This document shows positions 39,278-48,999 of a stretch of 64,000 bases of DNA, one piece after another. The DNA is from Terrimicrobiaceae bacterium (lineage in GTDB: Bacteria > Verrucomicrobiota > Verrucomicrobiia > Chthoniobacterales > Terrimicrobiaceae): NCBI GenBank assembly GCA_044342325.1, contig JBIIPZ010000012.1:1-64000 (forward strand), in the 5' to 3' direction. Numbering within the stretch: the first letter of the stretch is position 1; each line of letters opens with the position of its first letter. The position numbers were made by a program, and so were the translations under genes. Below the pieces are notes generated by a model that was not told the origin of the DNA, did not search any database, and worked only from the letters and a program-made list of their open reading frames with translations.

Positions 39278-39787
39278 TCAGAGCTGAAAGAGTTCCTCAT
39301 CGACTTTGCGGAAATTCTTGAGGAGCGCGTCCAGTTGCTGGCGGGTGTGGGATTTTTGGATTTTTTCGATCTCAGCGCCTGCCAAAGCATCGCAACGCTC
39401 GTTCTCAGGGTGCCCGGCATGGCCCTTGAGCCACTTCCAATCGATGCGGTGAGGCTTGCAAGCGGCATCGAGAGCGCGCCAGAGGTCTGCATTTTTTACC
39501 GGTTCACGCTTTGCGGTGACCCAGCCCTTCTTGCGCCAGGAGTGAATCCACTCCGTGATGCCCATGCGAAGATATTGGGAGTCGGTGAAAATGGTGACTT
39601 CGCAGGGTTCCTTGAGCGTTTGGAGAGCCGAAATCGCTGCGCTCAATTCCATGCGGTTGTTGGTCGTGGCCGCCTCGCCCCCGGAGATGGCACGCTCGTG
39701 TTTGCCGTAACGCAGAATCGCCGCCCAGCCACCTGGGCCGGGGTTTCCAAGACATCCCCCATCAGTAAAAATCGTGACCTTCTTCAT
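39278..39787 (-). CDS. rnhA: Ribonuclease HI
   Basis: [21 protein letters not shown] and [13 protein letters not shown] motifs. Confidence 0.97.
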   Translation of the reverse strand: MKKVTIFTDGGCLGNPGPGGWAAILRYGKHERAISGGEAATTNNRMELSAAISALQTLKEPCEVTIFTDSQYLRMGITEWIHSWRKKGWVTAKREPVKNADLWRALDAACKPHRIDWKWLKGHAGHPENERCDALAGAEIEKIQKSHTRQQLDALLKNFRKVDEELFQL

Positions 39788-40524
39788 GGCTCTTGACCAC
39801 GCAGGAAGCGAAGAGCTTGAAATGGCCATTCCAAAAGAAGCCGCGCGTGGGCTGCAACGAGCAGGAGATTGTCTCTCAGGTAGCGGAAATGACTCACCCC
39901 ACCCTCGCTTCGCGGGGGATAAAAAACAGGCACGGCGACATTGATGCAAGGCAGACCGGCCCAAGTGAGGCGCACGGAGAGAACCGTGTCGAAATCAAAT
40001 CGACGCGCCCACTTTGTGTTTTCCAACACTTCCAAGGCGGGAGCGACGGGATAAAGACGGAAACCGAAGAGGGAATCCTCGGCACCCGCTCCAAGCGTCT
40101 CGAGCGTGGCGAAGAAGTTTCCTGCGAAGCGTCCAAGCACGCGCTCACGCGGCGCATCTGGCCCGAAGACCGGAACCCCGCAAACAAAGGCGGCAGGGTT
40201 GTTTTTCGAGATTTCAAAAAACGGCCGAATCATCGCTGCCGGATGCTGACCATCGGCATCCATCACCAATACATGAGTGAATCCCTCAGCCTGCGCGGCC
40301 TGGAGCGCCACGAGCACGGCGGCACCTTTTCCAGCGTTTTGCGGAAGGCGGAGAAATTTCACGCCTTCCAGACCGAGCGATTCGGCGTCCGTGTCGCTGC
40401 CATCCGTGCTGGCATCCACCACCACCCACACAGCATGCCACTCGGCATGGGCTTCACGAAGAGTTTGCGCCAGGCGGACGCCGCTATTGTATGTCGGCAG
40501 GAGGACGAGAGGTTTCAAATTCAT
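39784..40524 (-). CDS. Glycosyltransferase family 2
   Basis: [17 protein letters not shown] and MDADGQH motifs. Confidence 0.93.
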   Translation of the reverse strand: MNLKPLVLLPTYNSGVRLAQTLREAHAEWHAVWVVVDASTDGSDTDAESLGLEGVKFLRLPQNAGKGAAVLVALQAAQAEGFTHVLVMDADGQHPAAMIRPFFEISKNNPAAFVCGVPVFGPDAPRERVLGRFAGNFFATLETLGAGAEDSLFGFRLYPVAPALEVLENTKWARRFDFDTVLSVRLTWAGLPCINVAVPVFYPPRSEGGVSHFRYLRDNLLLVAAHARLLLEWPFQALRFLRGQEP

Positions 40525-41453
40525 CGTGTGAGCCAGAGCGCCACCGGCAGAGCGAATGCGGAAAAGATCGTGCTCAGAACAATCGAGCCGCTCGCGACGG
40601 CCTCATCGGCTTCCATCTGACGAGCCATCACAAAAGCCGCCGCCGCCGTCGGGCAGGAGGCAAAAACCATGGCGATCCGCAGATCGACTGTGGCCAATCC
40701 CAGCAGCGCCCCGATGGCAAAAACCACCGCTGGAACGAAAACAAGTTTGAGCAAGACCGCAGCTGCCATTCCGGCGATGTTTTTTCCCAATTTGATAAAC
40801 GCAATCGATCCCCCTATGCAGACCAATGCCATCGGGACGGCTGCGGCGCCTATTGTTTCAAGCGTCCTATCGACAAAGAGCGGCAAGGACCAATCGAACG
40901 CGTTGAAGACCAAGCCCGCCGCGCACGAAATAAGGAGGGGATTCGTGAACAAGGCGCGCACACCGGGTTTCACAGCGCTCCAAGAGAGTTGGTGGCGTCC
41001 GGCCTGGAGCACGATGATGGCCAGAACATTGTAGCTGGATATCAAAACAGCCATGCAAACCACAGCTGTGGCGAAGTGGCTTTTCCCATCTGGCAAACCC
41101 TCGAAAGCATAGGCAAGAACAGGCATACCGATATAAGCGAGATTGGAACGGAAGGCAGACTGAGACACGGCGGCGTGCGAAGCGTCTGAGAGCTTCAGAG
41201 CGACGGAAACCAGCCAACCAGCCACGGCCGCAAGAAATGTCGCGCTAAGAACTGTGCCAATAATCCCGGCAACCTCCGGGCCCGAGTCTCCCGAGATCGA
41301 AGCCGTGCGGAAGAGCGATGCCGGCAGCGCCACATAGAAAGTGAACCTGTTCAGCTCCCCCATGAACACCGGTCCGGAAAACCGGACGCGGGCCAGAATG
41401 ATACCGAGAACGACCAACAGGAGAACCGGCGAAAGAATATTAAAAATGCCCAT
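40521..41453 (-). CDS. AEC (auxin efflux carrier) family transporter
   Basis: VALPASLF, SNLAYIGMP, NPLL and PTA motifs; about 10 TM segments. Confidence 0.92.
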   Translation of the reverse strand: MGIFNILSPVLLLVVLGIILARVRFSGPVFMGELNRFTFYVALPASLFRTASISGDSGPEVAGIIGTVLSATFLAAVAGWLVSVALKLSDASHAAVSQSAFRSNLAYIGMPVLAYAFEGLPDGKSHFATAVVCMAVLISSYNVLAIIVLQAGRHQLSWSAVKPGVRALFTNPLLISCAAGLVFNAFDWSLPLFVDRTLETIGAAAVPMALVCIGGSIAFIKLGKNIAGMAAAVLLKLVFVPAVVFAIGALLGLATVDLRIAMVFASCPTAAAAFVMARQMEADEAVASGSIVLSTIFSAFALPVALWLTR

Positions 41454-41660
41454 GCAGTATTTGGCAGCGAGGCCGGATTGGAAAGGTTGCCGCCATCACG
41501 CGCAAGCCTCATCCGCAACCATACACGCAACCTGCGAGTCGGCACTTATCGCAAACGAACCAAAAATTTGGACGATCGTCCAAATTTTTGGTCCGAACTC
41601 CTGAGGAAGTGGTGTTTTTAGAAGTTGCCGGGCGGAGTCAGAGCGACTAAACGGAGAGGC

Positions 41661-42035
41661 ATGTTAGAGACCTATCTTCCAGTGCTTCTGCATGTGATTG
41701 TGGCAATCGGCTTCGCCACTGTGGCGATGATTGCTAATTTGGCGTTGGGCCGCCACGGCAAGCGCAATCCTACTAAAGACACAGTCTATGAATGCGGCAT
41801 GGTGCCGGAGCAGAAGGGTCAGCCGCGTTTCAGTGTGAAGTTCTACCTCGTGGCGATGTTGTTCATTCTCTTCGATATCGAAGTTGTTTTCATGTATCCA
41901 TGGGCTGTGATTTTCCAGGATTATGTGGCGCGTTTTGGCCCGACGATTCTTTGGAGCATGCTCAGCTTTGTGTTGATCCTTTTGTTCGGCTACGTCTACG
42001 CCATTAAGAAAGGCGCTCTCGACTGGTCGCGCTGA
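41661..42035 (+). CDS. nuoA: NADH-quinone oxidoreductase subunit A
   Basis: YECG, FSVKFYLVAMLFILFDIE and KGALDW motifs. Confidence 0.96.
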   Translation: MLETYLPVLLHVIVAIGFATVAMIANLALGRHGKRNPTKDTVYECGMVPEQKGQPRFSVKFYLVAMLFILFDIEVVFMYPWAVIFQDYVARFGPTILWSMLSFVLILLFGYVYAIKKGALDWSR

Positions 42036-42092
42036 TCGCAAACCAGAAAACCAAGCCCATGCGCGAAGCAGGCGCGCACCAGACCGCAGCCG

Positions 42093-43895
42093 ATGGATTT
42101 TTTTGAAAAGCAGGAAAAGGCCCGGCTTCAAACGAAGTGGCTGGTTTTTTATTTTGCTCTCGCTGTTATCGGGATCATCGCGGTTCTGCACATCGGATTC
42201 AGCCTGCTTTTGGGTCAACCGCTCGATGACTGGGAGATGCTGGGCTTCACGGCAGCGGGTGTTCTGGTGTCGGTGGTCATCGGGAGCTTGGTGAAAATTG
42301 CGGAGCTTTCGAAGGGAGGAAAAGCCGTCGCCGAAATGCTTGGGGGCGTTCCAGTGAATCCCTCGACTACGGATACCGGCGAGCGCCGCCTTTTGAATGT
42401 AGTGGAGGAGATGTCCCTCGCCTCGGGCGTGCCGGTGCCTCAGGTGTATGTGCTCGACGAGGAGGCCATCAATGCTTTTGCGGCAGGTTATGGCACGGCG
42501 GATGCAGCTGTGGGAGTCACTCGCGGATGCATCGAGCGCCTGACGCGCGACGAACTCCAAGGCGTGATCGGCCATGAGTTCAGCCACATCCTGAATGGCG
42601 ACATGCGGCTCAATATTCGCCTCATGGGCTTGTTGAATGGCATCCTCTTCCTGGCATTGCTCGGCGGGGTGCTCATGCGCCTCGCGCTCACAACCCGTCC
42701 CCGCTCGAACAACGACAAAAACGGTGGATCGATTGTGGCAGCACTCATCGCGGGTGGTCTGGTGCTCTATATCGTGGGCTGGATCGGCGTCTTCTTTGGA
42801 AAACTCATCAAGGCTGCCGTGAGCCGCCAGCGGGAGTTTCTGGCCGACGCCTCGGCAGTTCAATACACACGCAATCCGAGCGGCCTTGCCGGTGCGCTTT
42901 CGAAGATCGCCTCACACTCCTCGCGCCTGGAGCATCCGAAAGCGCAGGAGGCCAGTCACATGTTTTTTGGAAATGGAATGGCCGAGGCGTGGCTGGGACT
43001 CTTTGCGACACACCCACCGATCCAACAACGCATCGCTGAGATTGTGCCGAATTTTGACCCTCAGGAAGCATCCCCTACTCTGCCGCCGGTTGACTCGGCG
43101 AAGCCGAGTTTTTCAGGCGACGCGCAACTGGCGGCGGCGACTTCCATGCTTGCCGGGTTGCCCGAGTTTTCAAGACCGGCAATGCGGGAGATTCACAGCG
43201 CGTGCGCCTTGGTTTTTGCACTCCTGCTCTCGGAAGACGCATCGGTTAGAGAATCCCAACTGGCCGCCCTTGAGATCGACGCCGCCTTGCGGAAGGAAAT
43301 CGGAGAAATGTTTGACCGCCGCAGCCAACTCAGCTCGGCCCAGCGCATCAGCCTCGTCGACCTTGCAATTCCCGTGCTGCGCGGGCTGTCGCCTCAACAA
43401 TACAGCGTCTTCAGCGGGCAGGTGCGTCACCTCATCGAAGCGGACGGGCAAATCCACCTCTTCGAATACACGCTGCAGAAGCTCCTGCTCCGCCATCTGG
43501 ACGCAGCCTTCACCAAAGCCAGGCCCGGCCGCGTGCAGCACAAGTCACTGGTTCCCTTACTGCCCGATACCGGCATCCTGCTCTCAGCGATCGCGAATGC
43601 CGATGAAGGTGAGTCCATCGCGCTGGATGCCGCTTTTCAGGCTGGAGTTGCCAGACTCGGCAAATCAGCATCAGCCTTTCCCCTCGCCCGTCAGTCGAGT
43701 GTGAATCTGAAGGATTTCGACCGCGCCCTTGAGGACCTCGCCACGGCTTCGCTTTCCGTTAAAAAAACCATCCTTACCGCCTGCTCGGCCGCAGTGGTCC
43801 ACGACGGCATCGTCAACGACACGCAATTCGAGCTGCTCCGCGCTATCGCCGATACGGTGGACTGCCCCATCCCGCCCTTCGTTCCAACCACATGA
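42093..43895 (+). CDS. M48 (HtpX-like) zinc metallopeptidase with C-terminal extension
   Basis: INAFAAG, HEFSH, SRQREFLADA and THPP motifs. Confidence 0.94.
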   Translation: MDFFEKQEKARLQTKWLVFYFALAVIGIIAVLHIGFSLLLGQPLDDWEMLGFTAAGVLVSVVIGSLVKIAELSKGGKAVAEMLGGVPVNPSTTDTGERRLLNVVEEMSLASGVPVPQVYVLDEEAINAFAAGYGTADAAVGVTRGCIERLTRDELQGVIGHEFSHILNGDMRLNIRLMGLLNGILFLALLGGVLMRLALTTRPRSNNDKNGGSIVAALIAGGLVLYIVGWIGVFFGKLIKAAVSRQREFLADASAVQYTRNPSGLAGALSKIASHSSRLEHPKAQEASHMFFGNGMAEAWLGLFATHPPIQQRIAEIVPNFDPQEASPTLPPVDSAKPSFSGDAQLAAATSMLAGLPEFSRPAMREIHSACALVFALLLSEDASVRESQLAALEIDAALRKEIGEMFDRRSQLSSAQRISLVDLAIPVLRGLSPQQYSVFSGQVRHLIEADGQIHLFEYTLQKLLLRHLDAAFTKARPGRVQHKSLVPLLPDTGILLSAIANADEGESIALDAAFQAGVARLGKSASAFPLARQSSVNLKDFDRALEDLATASLSVKKTILTACSAAVVHDGIVNDTQFELLRAIADTVDCPIPPFVPTT

Positions 43896-44785
43896 GCACT
43901 GCGGGAAATTGGATCTCGCCGCAGCTCATAGTGGACTTGCTCGCGGAGGGCACCAATGCCTTTCGTATCGCATCAGGCCACGGTTTTTGGATCGAGCGCT
44001 TTGGCGACACGGCGCTGATCTCGTTACGGCCAGGTTCTGATGCCACGACGCTCGCAGCCTCGATTGCCCAGACAAGCTGGAATCCCAAGCGTGTCTTCGT
44101 GCGGCAACTCGTCAGAAATCCCGGTGAGAAGGACACGCCGGTTCTGTTCAGTGGCGATGCTGAATCGTCGCCGCTTGAAACGGTGAGTGAGAGCGGACTT
44201 CTCTACGAGCTGGATTTCAGTGCCAGCTACTCGCCAGGGCTTTTTCTAGACCAGCGCTTGAACCGCCTTTTTTTGAAGGAACGAAAGCTCCGGCGTGTGC
44301 TGAATACCTTTGCTTACACCTGTGCCTTCTCTGTTGCGGCAGCCAGCGTTGGGGCAGAGACAGTCAGCGTGGATGTTTCCAAATCTTCTCTGCAAAGGGG
44401 CCGGCGGAATTTCGAGCTGAACCGAATTCCGGTAGAAGGCCACCGCTTCATTCCCGAGGATGTTCCCACCTTCCTCCGCCGCTTGATCAAACGCGGAGAG
44501 ACATTTGATGCGATCCTTCTCGACCCGCCCACATTCGGACGCAGCGGCGCGGGCAAGACCTTCCGCTTCGAGCGCGACTTCCCCAGCCTGCTGGAGTCGG
44601 CGCACCAGCTCAGCACGCCGACTGGAGCGATTCTGCTTTCGACGAATTTCACCGCATGGGACGAGGCCGCGCTGATCGAATGCGCCAGAGGCATTCTCCC
44701 CTCGAAAACGAAATTCGATAAAATCCCGGCGCCTCCGGATTTTTTTGGCAATGCCCCGTCGGCAACCGTGTGGGCTTTGCTGTGA
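43892..44785 (+). CDS. RlmI/RlmK-like SAM-dependent methyltransferase
   Basis: GLFLDQR, VLNTFAYT and LDPPTF motifs. Confidence 0.9.
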   Translation: MSTAGNWISPQLIVDLLAEGTNAFRIASGHGFWIERFGDTALISLRPGSDATTLAASIAQTSWNPKRVFVRQLVRNPGEKDTPVLFSGDAESSPLETVSESGLLYELDFSASYSPGLFLDQRLNRLFLKERKLRRVLNTFAYTCAFSVAAASVGAETVSVDVSKSSLQRGRRNFELNRIPVEGHRFIPEDVPTFLRRLIKRGETFDAILLDPPTFGRSGAGKTFRFERDFPSLLESAHQLSTPTGAILLSTNFTAWDEAALIECARGILPSKTKFDKIPAPPDFFGNAPSATVWALL

Positions 44786-44848
44786 GGCTACGATGGATCT
44801 CCCTTTTTTTCTTTCTGCACGGATCAAACAAAGTGATAGATTCCGTAG

Positions 44849-45412
44849 ATGAAGCCAGCCGGTGATCAGGCACTCCTTGAGATGAGGGCGGAAATTTTCC
44901 GCCTTGTGCGCCTTTGCGCCCCGGATCTCGCGACTCTTGGATCCATTACTTTTGACGGGCAGGCAGCGAATGAACGCCAGCGCAGGCAGTGGAGGGATGC
45001 CGTTTTCGTTCCTGTGCTGGTTCCTGCTGTGGGAGCCGCCTGGTTGGCTGGAAAACAAGGATTCCGCGAAATGGCTTCAGCGGATGCCGCCCTCGATGCC
45101 AAGCTCGCAGGGCCAATCGCCAAGAGCAGCCGCGCCGCAGGTCGCCTCATCGCCGCTTCCATGCATGCGCCCGCCGGTGAGCAAGGGCTGGAGAAATTTC
45201 TACGCGCCATTGACCGGGGCGAGTCTCCCGGACACATGGCGACAGTTTTTGCAGCCCGCGCGTCCATTTTCCACTTTCCGAAAGACATCATCCTCGCCGG
45301 CCTTGTCTTTGCCGAGATGCGCACCGCCCGCGTCGAGGAACTTTGGAGCGTCATTGACGACTGCCTGGACGCTGTTCCCGCCTGCGAGCCATCCATCTTC
45401 CGAGCCGCCTGA
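44849..45412 (+). CDS. Hypothetical protein
   Basis: ORF ending 6 nt before clpS; typical codon usage. Confidence 0.7.
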   Translation: MKPAGDQALLEMRAEIFRLVRLCAPDLATLGSITFDGQAANERQRRQWRDAVFVPVLVPAVGAAWLAGKQGFREMASADAALDAKLAGPIAKSSRAAGRLIAASMHAPAGEQGLEKFLRAIDRGESPGHMATVFAARASIFHFPKDIILAGLVFAEMRTARVEELWSVIDDCLDAVPACEPSIFRAA

Positions 45413-45418
45413 AAACCC

Positions 45419-45709
45419 ATGGCCACACTGGAAACACCCGAAATCGAAACCAAAGACCAATCGGACCTCGACTCCGTCTGGTCGGTGATCGTCCACAACG
45501 ACCCGGTGAATCTCATGAGCTATGTCACGCTCATTTTCCGCCGCGTCCTCGGCTTTTCAAAACAAAAAGCCGAGCGCCACATGCTCGAAGTTCACAACAA
45601 AGGCCGCTCCATGGTGTGGTCCGGCTCCCGCGAACAAGCCGAGCTCTATGTCCAACAACTCCACGCCCACCTCCTCCTCGCCACCCTCGAAAAAGCGCCT
45701 GCGCCGTAA
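45419..45709 (+). CDS. clpS: ATP-dependent Clp protease adaptor ClpS
   Basis: VIVHNDPVNLMSYV and MLEVHNKGRS motifs. Confidence 0.95.
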   Translation: MATLETPEIETKDQSDLDSVWSVIVHNDPVNLMSYVTLIFRRVLGFSKQKAERHMLEVHNKGRSMVWSGSREQAELYVQQLHAHLLLATLEKAPAP

Positions 45710-45739
45710 AATCGAGCTGTTATAGGTTTAAAGAAATTT

Positions 45740-46130
45740 AACCACGGAGGACACAGAGAGCACGGAGGAGGAAAAAATTAGGCAGGATTGACTAAACCAA
45801 CCTTGGTCCTGTTAATCTCGAAAACGGATTTTAAAACAAAATGACCGAATTGCAGCGGAGCAAAAAAGACTACCACGGGTAGCCCAAAGGACTAGGCGAT
45901 TCAATTTAAAAGATTCACAGTAAATCCTTGGTCGTGTTGTAGATTTCACAAAACATTTAATACTTTTGAAAGTGCAAATAACTCACATTCTCCGTGCTCT
46001 TTGACTCGCTCGCTCCCGCTCGACTCGCCCTTCGGGCCATCCTGCGGTTGCTCTTCCTCAAAGGCTCCCCAGCCTTTTCGGTTGTGTCCTCTGTGGTTAA
46101 TTCTGAAATTCTGTAAATTCTGTCCAAAAT
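45740..46130. repeat. Cluster of 9-bp-periodic repeats with two nested hairpin elements
   Basis: AACCACGGAGGACACAGAGAGCACGGAG at 45740; inserts at 45850-45904 (+) and 46001-46081 (-); AATTCTG x3 at about 46099-46123. Confidence 0.65.
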
Positions 46131-46136
46131 CCAAAA

Positions 46137-46622
46137 ATGATCAAAATTCAAATACTCCCGAACGGCTCGGTTTTTTTCGATCAGGTGGAAGAGTCTTTTT
46201 ACCAGATACTATGCTCGATTCGGGAGCCAGTGGAGTCCGGCGATCCCTTGGTCGAGTCGCGCCTGTTTCCCCAGCCCTCGGAAGATGTCGAGGAGGGCGA
46301 TTTACTGGATGATTGGAAATCCCTCGTCGAGCCAGACCTGCACGACACCTTCCTCGCCGCGCGCGAATCCGTCGCTGCCGACCTCCGCAGCGCGGAGCGC
46401 AACCCCGATGGATCACTGCACTTCACTATTCCGCGCAACCATATCGACCTCTGGCTCAGCGCCCTGAATCAATCCCGCCTCGCCTTGGCCGAAATCCACC
46501 AATTCACCGACGCCGACCTCAGCCGCGCCCCCCACGACCTCGACGATCCACGCGAATTTGCCCTCATGCGAATGGGCATCTACGGCAGCCTGCAAGAATG
46601 GCTAGTTGCCGTAGTGGGGTGA
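46137..46622 (+). CDS. DUF2017-like protein (usual clpS neighbour)
   Basis: DP...RLFP, DW...V.PDL, WLSALNQSRLALA and LQEWLV motifs. Confidence 0.8.
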   Translation: MIKIQILPNGSVFFDQVEESFYQILCSIREPVESGDPLVESRLFPQPSEDVEEGDLLDDWKSLVEPDLHDTFLAARESVAADLRSAERNPDGSLHFTIPRNHIDLWLSALNQSRLALAEIHQFTDADLSRAPHDLDDPREFALMRMGIYGSLQEWLVAVVG

Positions 46623-46766
46623 ATCCCTGAGCTTCAGACAACCAATGAACTCTGCCCATTGGCTTCCTCATCGCGTGGAAACCGGATGCTCCCCGTTTTG
46701 CCCAAAAAGCCACAGCCATTCAAAGATAGGCAATGGTCCAGACCAATGAAATTTCTTTAACCACAA

Positions 46767-46845
46767 TCGAGCGCCGTGGGAGGCGCGAGATGGAGCGACC
46801 AAAGGTCGGCCCGAAGGGCGAGACGAGAGGGATCGAGCGAGTCAA
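46767..46845 (+). mobile_element. Short multi-hairpin element ending GCGAGTCAA, inserted in a 9-bp repeat
   Basis: TCGA...CGACC-AAA-GGTCG/GCCC-GAA-GGGC...GCGAGTCAA. Removal restores AACCACAAATAGGCCGAATTTTCGCGAAT. Confidence 0.55.
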
Positions 46846-46975
46846 ATAGGCCGAATTTTCGCGAATGGGAGCGGCTTCGCCGGACAATATCATTGTTGGT
46901 ATTGTTCGTGTTCATTCGGAAAATTCGTGGTTCAAATGTTCAGCGCTTGGACACCCGAGCAGGACGGGAGTCCAT

Positions 46976-47353
46976 CTACTTTCCGGACTTCTTCAAAAAT
47001 ACAACCCGGTTCGTCCAGTCATCCGCTGCTGTTTTTGAAATGAGAGAGGCGAGCGCTTTTGCGATGGATCCATGGTCATTTTGGATGAATGACTTGCTCG
47101 ACAGAAAAACAACGCCTGCATGCGACTTATCGGCATGCGCGCGCCCCCTCAACTCCTCGGGAATGGTATTGACATCGCATGTCACCAAAACCCGCCCCTC
47201 GAGTCGCGCCCGCTCCAAGATCAAGGCATCCGCTTGATTGACCAGCGCCCCGCCGTCAAAGGAATGAACGCTCTCCAAATCATGCCCGGTCACCAGGTTG
47301 GATACCATTTCCACCAAACCCGGCCAGAGGTGCTCGTCTAAAAGAATCTTCAT
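46976..47353 (-). CDS. DUF5615 PIN-like toxin
   Basis: KILLDEHL, D..IL..A..EGRVLVT.D and H.GVV motifs. Confidence 0.88.
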   Translation of the reverse strand: MKILLDEHLWPGLVEMVSNLVTGHDLESVHSFDGGALVNQADALILERARLEGRVLVTCDVNTIPEELRGRAHADKSHAGVVFLSSKSFIQNDHGSIAKALASLISKTAADDWTNRVVFLKKSGK

Positions 47354-47775
47354 TCAGACTCGACTTCAAAAATCTCCAAGCCGGGAAGAATTTTTTGAAT
47401 CCGCCCCTCTTCACACGAGTCCAGATCCGCAAGTTCCCGCTCGAGTTCCTCTTGATAGTGCTTGGCATAAGCCAGCGCGCTTTCCGCCTTCCAAAGTGGC
47501 CAGTGGAAACTCACCGCAATATCTGCAGGCGATTCCTCGGGCCTATCACGCAAGATTCGATAAACCATTGCCAAGGGGACCCGACTCCCATGCACATAAG
47601 CCAAGCGTCCCACAGGAGTGTCCCGGAAATCCAAGGCGGAAAATTCCTCACGCCGCTTAGACTCCTCCAGAATTCGCGTCGCCGCCATCCCCGCGCTCCC
47701 ACGCCTTTTGGCAAAACGCTCCAACCATCTATGCGTTTCAATCGGCAGACGAATACTCAATGTTGCAGAACTCAT
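47350..47775 (-). CDS. RHH-like + DUF433 antitoxin
   Basis: LSIRLP N-terminus, FRD.P.GR.A...GSR and AL.YA..Y.EE motifs; 4-bp overlap with the PIN gene. Confidence 0.85.
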   Translation of the reverse strand: MSSATLSIRLPIETHRWLERFAKRRGSAGMAATRILEESKRREEFSALDFRDTPVGRLAYVHGSRVPLAMVYRILRDRPEESPADIAVSFHWPLWKAESALAYAKHYQEELERELADLDSCEEGRIQKILPGLEIFEVESE

Positions 47776-47781
47776 GTGTGA

Positions 47782-47809
47782 AATGTAATAATTGTGCGCT
47801 CCGTGTCAA
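47782..47809 (-). promoter_or_regulatory. Sigma70-type promoter, probably giving a leaderless toxin-antitoxin mRNA
   Basis: TTGACA-N16-TACATT-N6-ATG. Confidence 0.6.
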
Positions 47810-47840
47810 AAATTATTTTCTCTGCAATGGCGTTTTCACA

Positions 47841-47902
47841 TGTAGCGGCGCCTCTATGAGCGCCGAATCGTTGCACATCGGCGGTCGCAGACCGCCGCTA
47901 CA
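47841..47902. repeat. Isolated REP doublet (REPIN)
   Basis: TGTAGCGGCGCCTCTATGAGCGCCG...CGGCGGTCGCAGACCGCCGCTACA. Confidence 0.9.
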
Positions 47903-47976
47903 ACATAAAGAGCATCTAGCGTTTGCCTTGAGAGATCAGACCTACAATTGTATTGTTTGGAGATCAAATCCTACGT

Positions 47977-48579
47977 TCAGTATTTTTGGATATACAATTG
48001 GTAGAGCGGGAGATTGGGGAGAATTCGAAGTTTTTGCGAGTAGATCGTCGTAAATGCATCGATGGCCACTTTGGGAAGCAGGAGCGGGTTTTCCGTGCCT
48101 GGGCGCATCGGAGACCAGATGTAGTCGTCAAATGCAATGACTCCGCCTGGTTTGAGAAGTTGGAAAGCGAGAACGGCATCACCGAGAACATCCGCCGCTT
48201 GGTGGCTGGCGTCCACGCTGATGAAATCGAACTGAGGCGTTTTTTCAGCAACTAGGCGACAGAGTTGATCCAACGAAAAGCCTACGCGCACATCGACTTT
48301 GGCCGGCGAGCCTACGGTAGCGATATTTTCCTCAAACTGCTTCTGCAGACCGCCAAGTTCAATGTTCTTATGCTCGATCCCGCCTTGAAAGGTATCCAGC
48401 GCCACAATAGTGGATTCTTGAGTCTTGCAAAAATTTTCTAGCAGCCAACAGGTTGAGCGACCTTCAAAAACGCCGACCTCGAGAATCCGAAGGTGAGGCG
48501 TTTTCTGAGTCATTCTGGAAAGGATGAATTGCCAGCCAGGAATACTGCGGCTGAACCAGTCTTGTGTGAATGAAGGCAT
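47977..48579 (-). CDS. Class I SAM-dependent methyltransferase (Methyltransf_24-like)
   Basis: FTQDWF, LEVGVFEGRS, DFISVDASH and LKPGG...FDDY.W motifs. Confidence 0.9.
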   Translation of the reverse strand: MPSFTQDWFSRSIPGWQFILSRMTQKTPHLRILEVGVFEGRSTCWLLENFCKTQESTIVALDTFQGGIEHKNIELGGLQKQFEENIATVGSPAKVDVRVGFSLDQLCRLVAEKTPQFDFISVDASHQAADVLGDAVLAFQLLKPGGVIAFDDYIWSPMRPGTENPLLLPKVAIDAFTTIYSQKLRILPNLPLYQLYIQKY

Positions 48580-48999
48580 TTTTTTAGAGAATGGAGAATT
48601 CAGAGAGGAGAACTAATTTTGAACTATTTACACTAATGTCTTTAAGATTTTGGATTTTAGGCGGCCGTTGTCTTTCTCGGGTTCAGGGTTCCTATGAGCG
48701 TCACAGACGAGCTGGTATCGGGGAGGGCATCCGCCCTCGGGTGCGGCCTGTGCCCGAGCAGAAGTGTTTCCACCGGACTGAGGCCGCATATTTTCCAAGC
48801 TGCCTAGCGAGGCGCTTGACGGAGCGCGTGGTCCCGAGACTTTTTGACTCTGGCACACCCTCTTCAACAAGAGTGAAAAAGGATTCTGCTTTTGGTATGA
48901 AACTTATTTCATAATCCACACCAGCTTATCCTGTAACTCCAATCATGCTGTATAAATCTATGGATTAATCTGAAACAACCAAACAATCAGAAAATTGCT

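Noticed and set aside
48701..48919. 72-aa ORF between the RTX gene and the methyltransferase
   Set aside because: Right strand and plausible size, but no motif support; cannot be called without a search.
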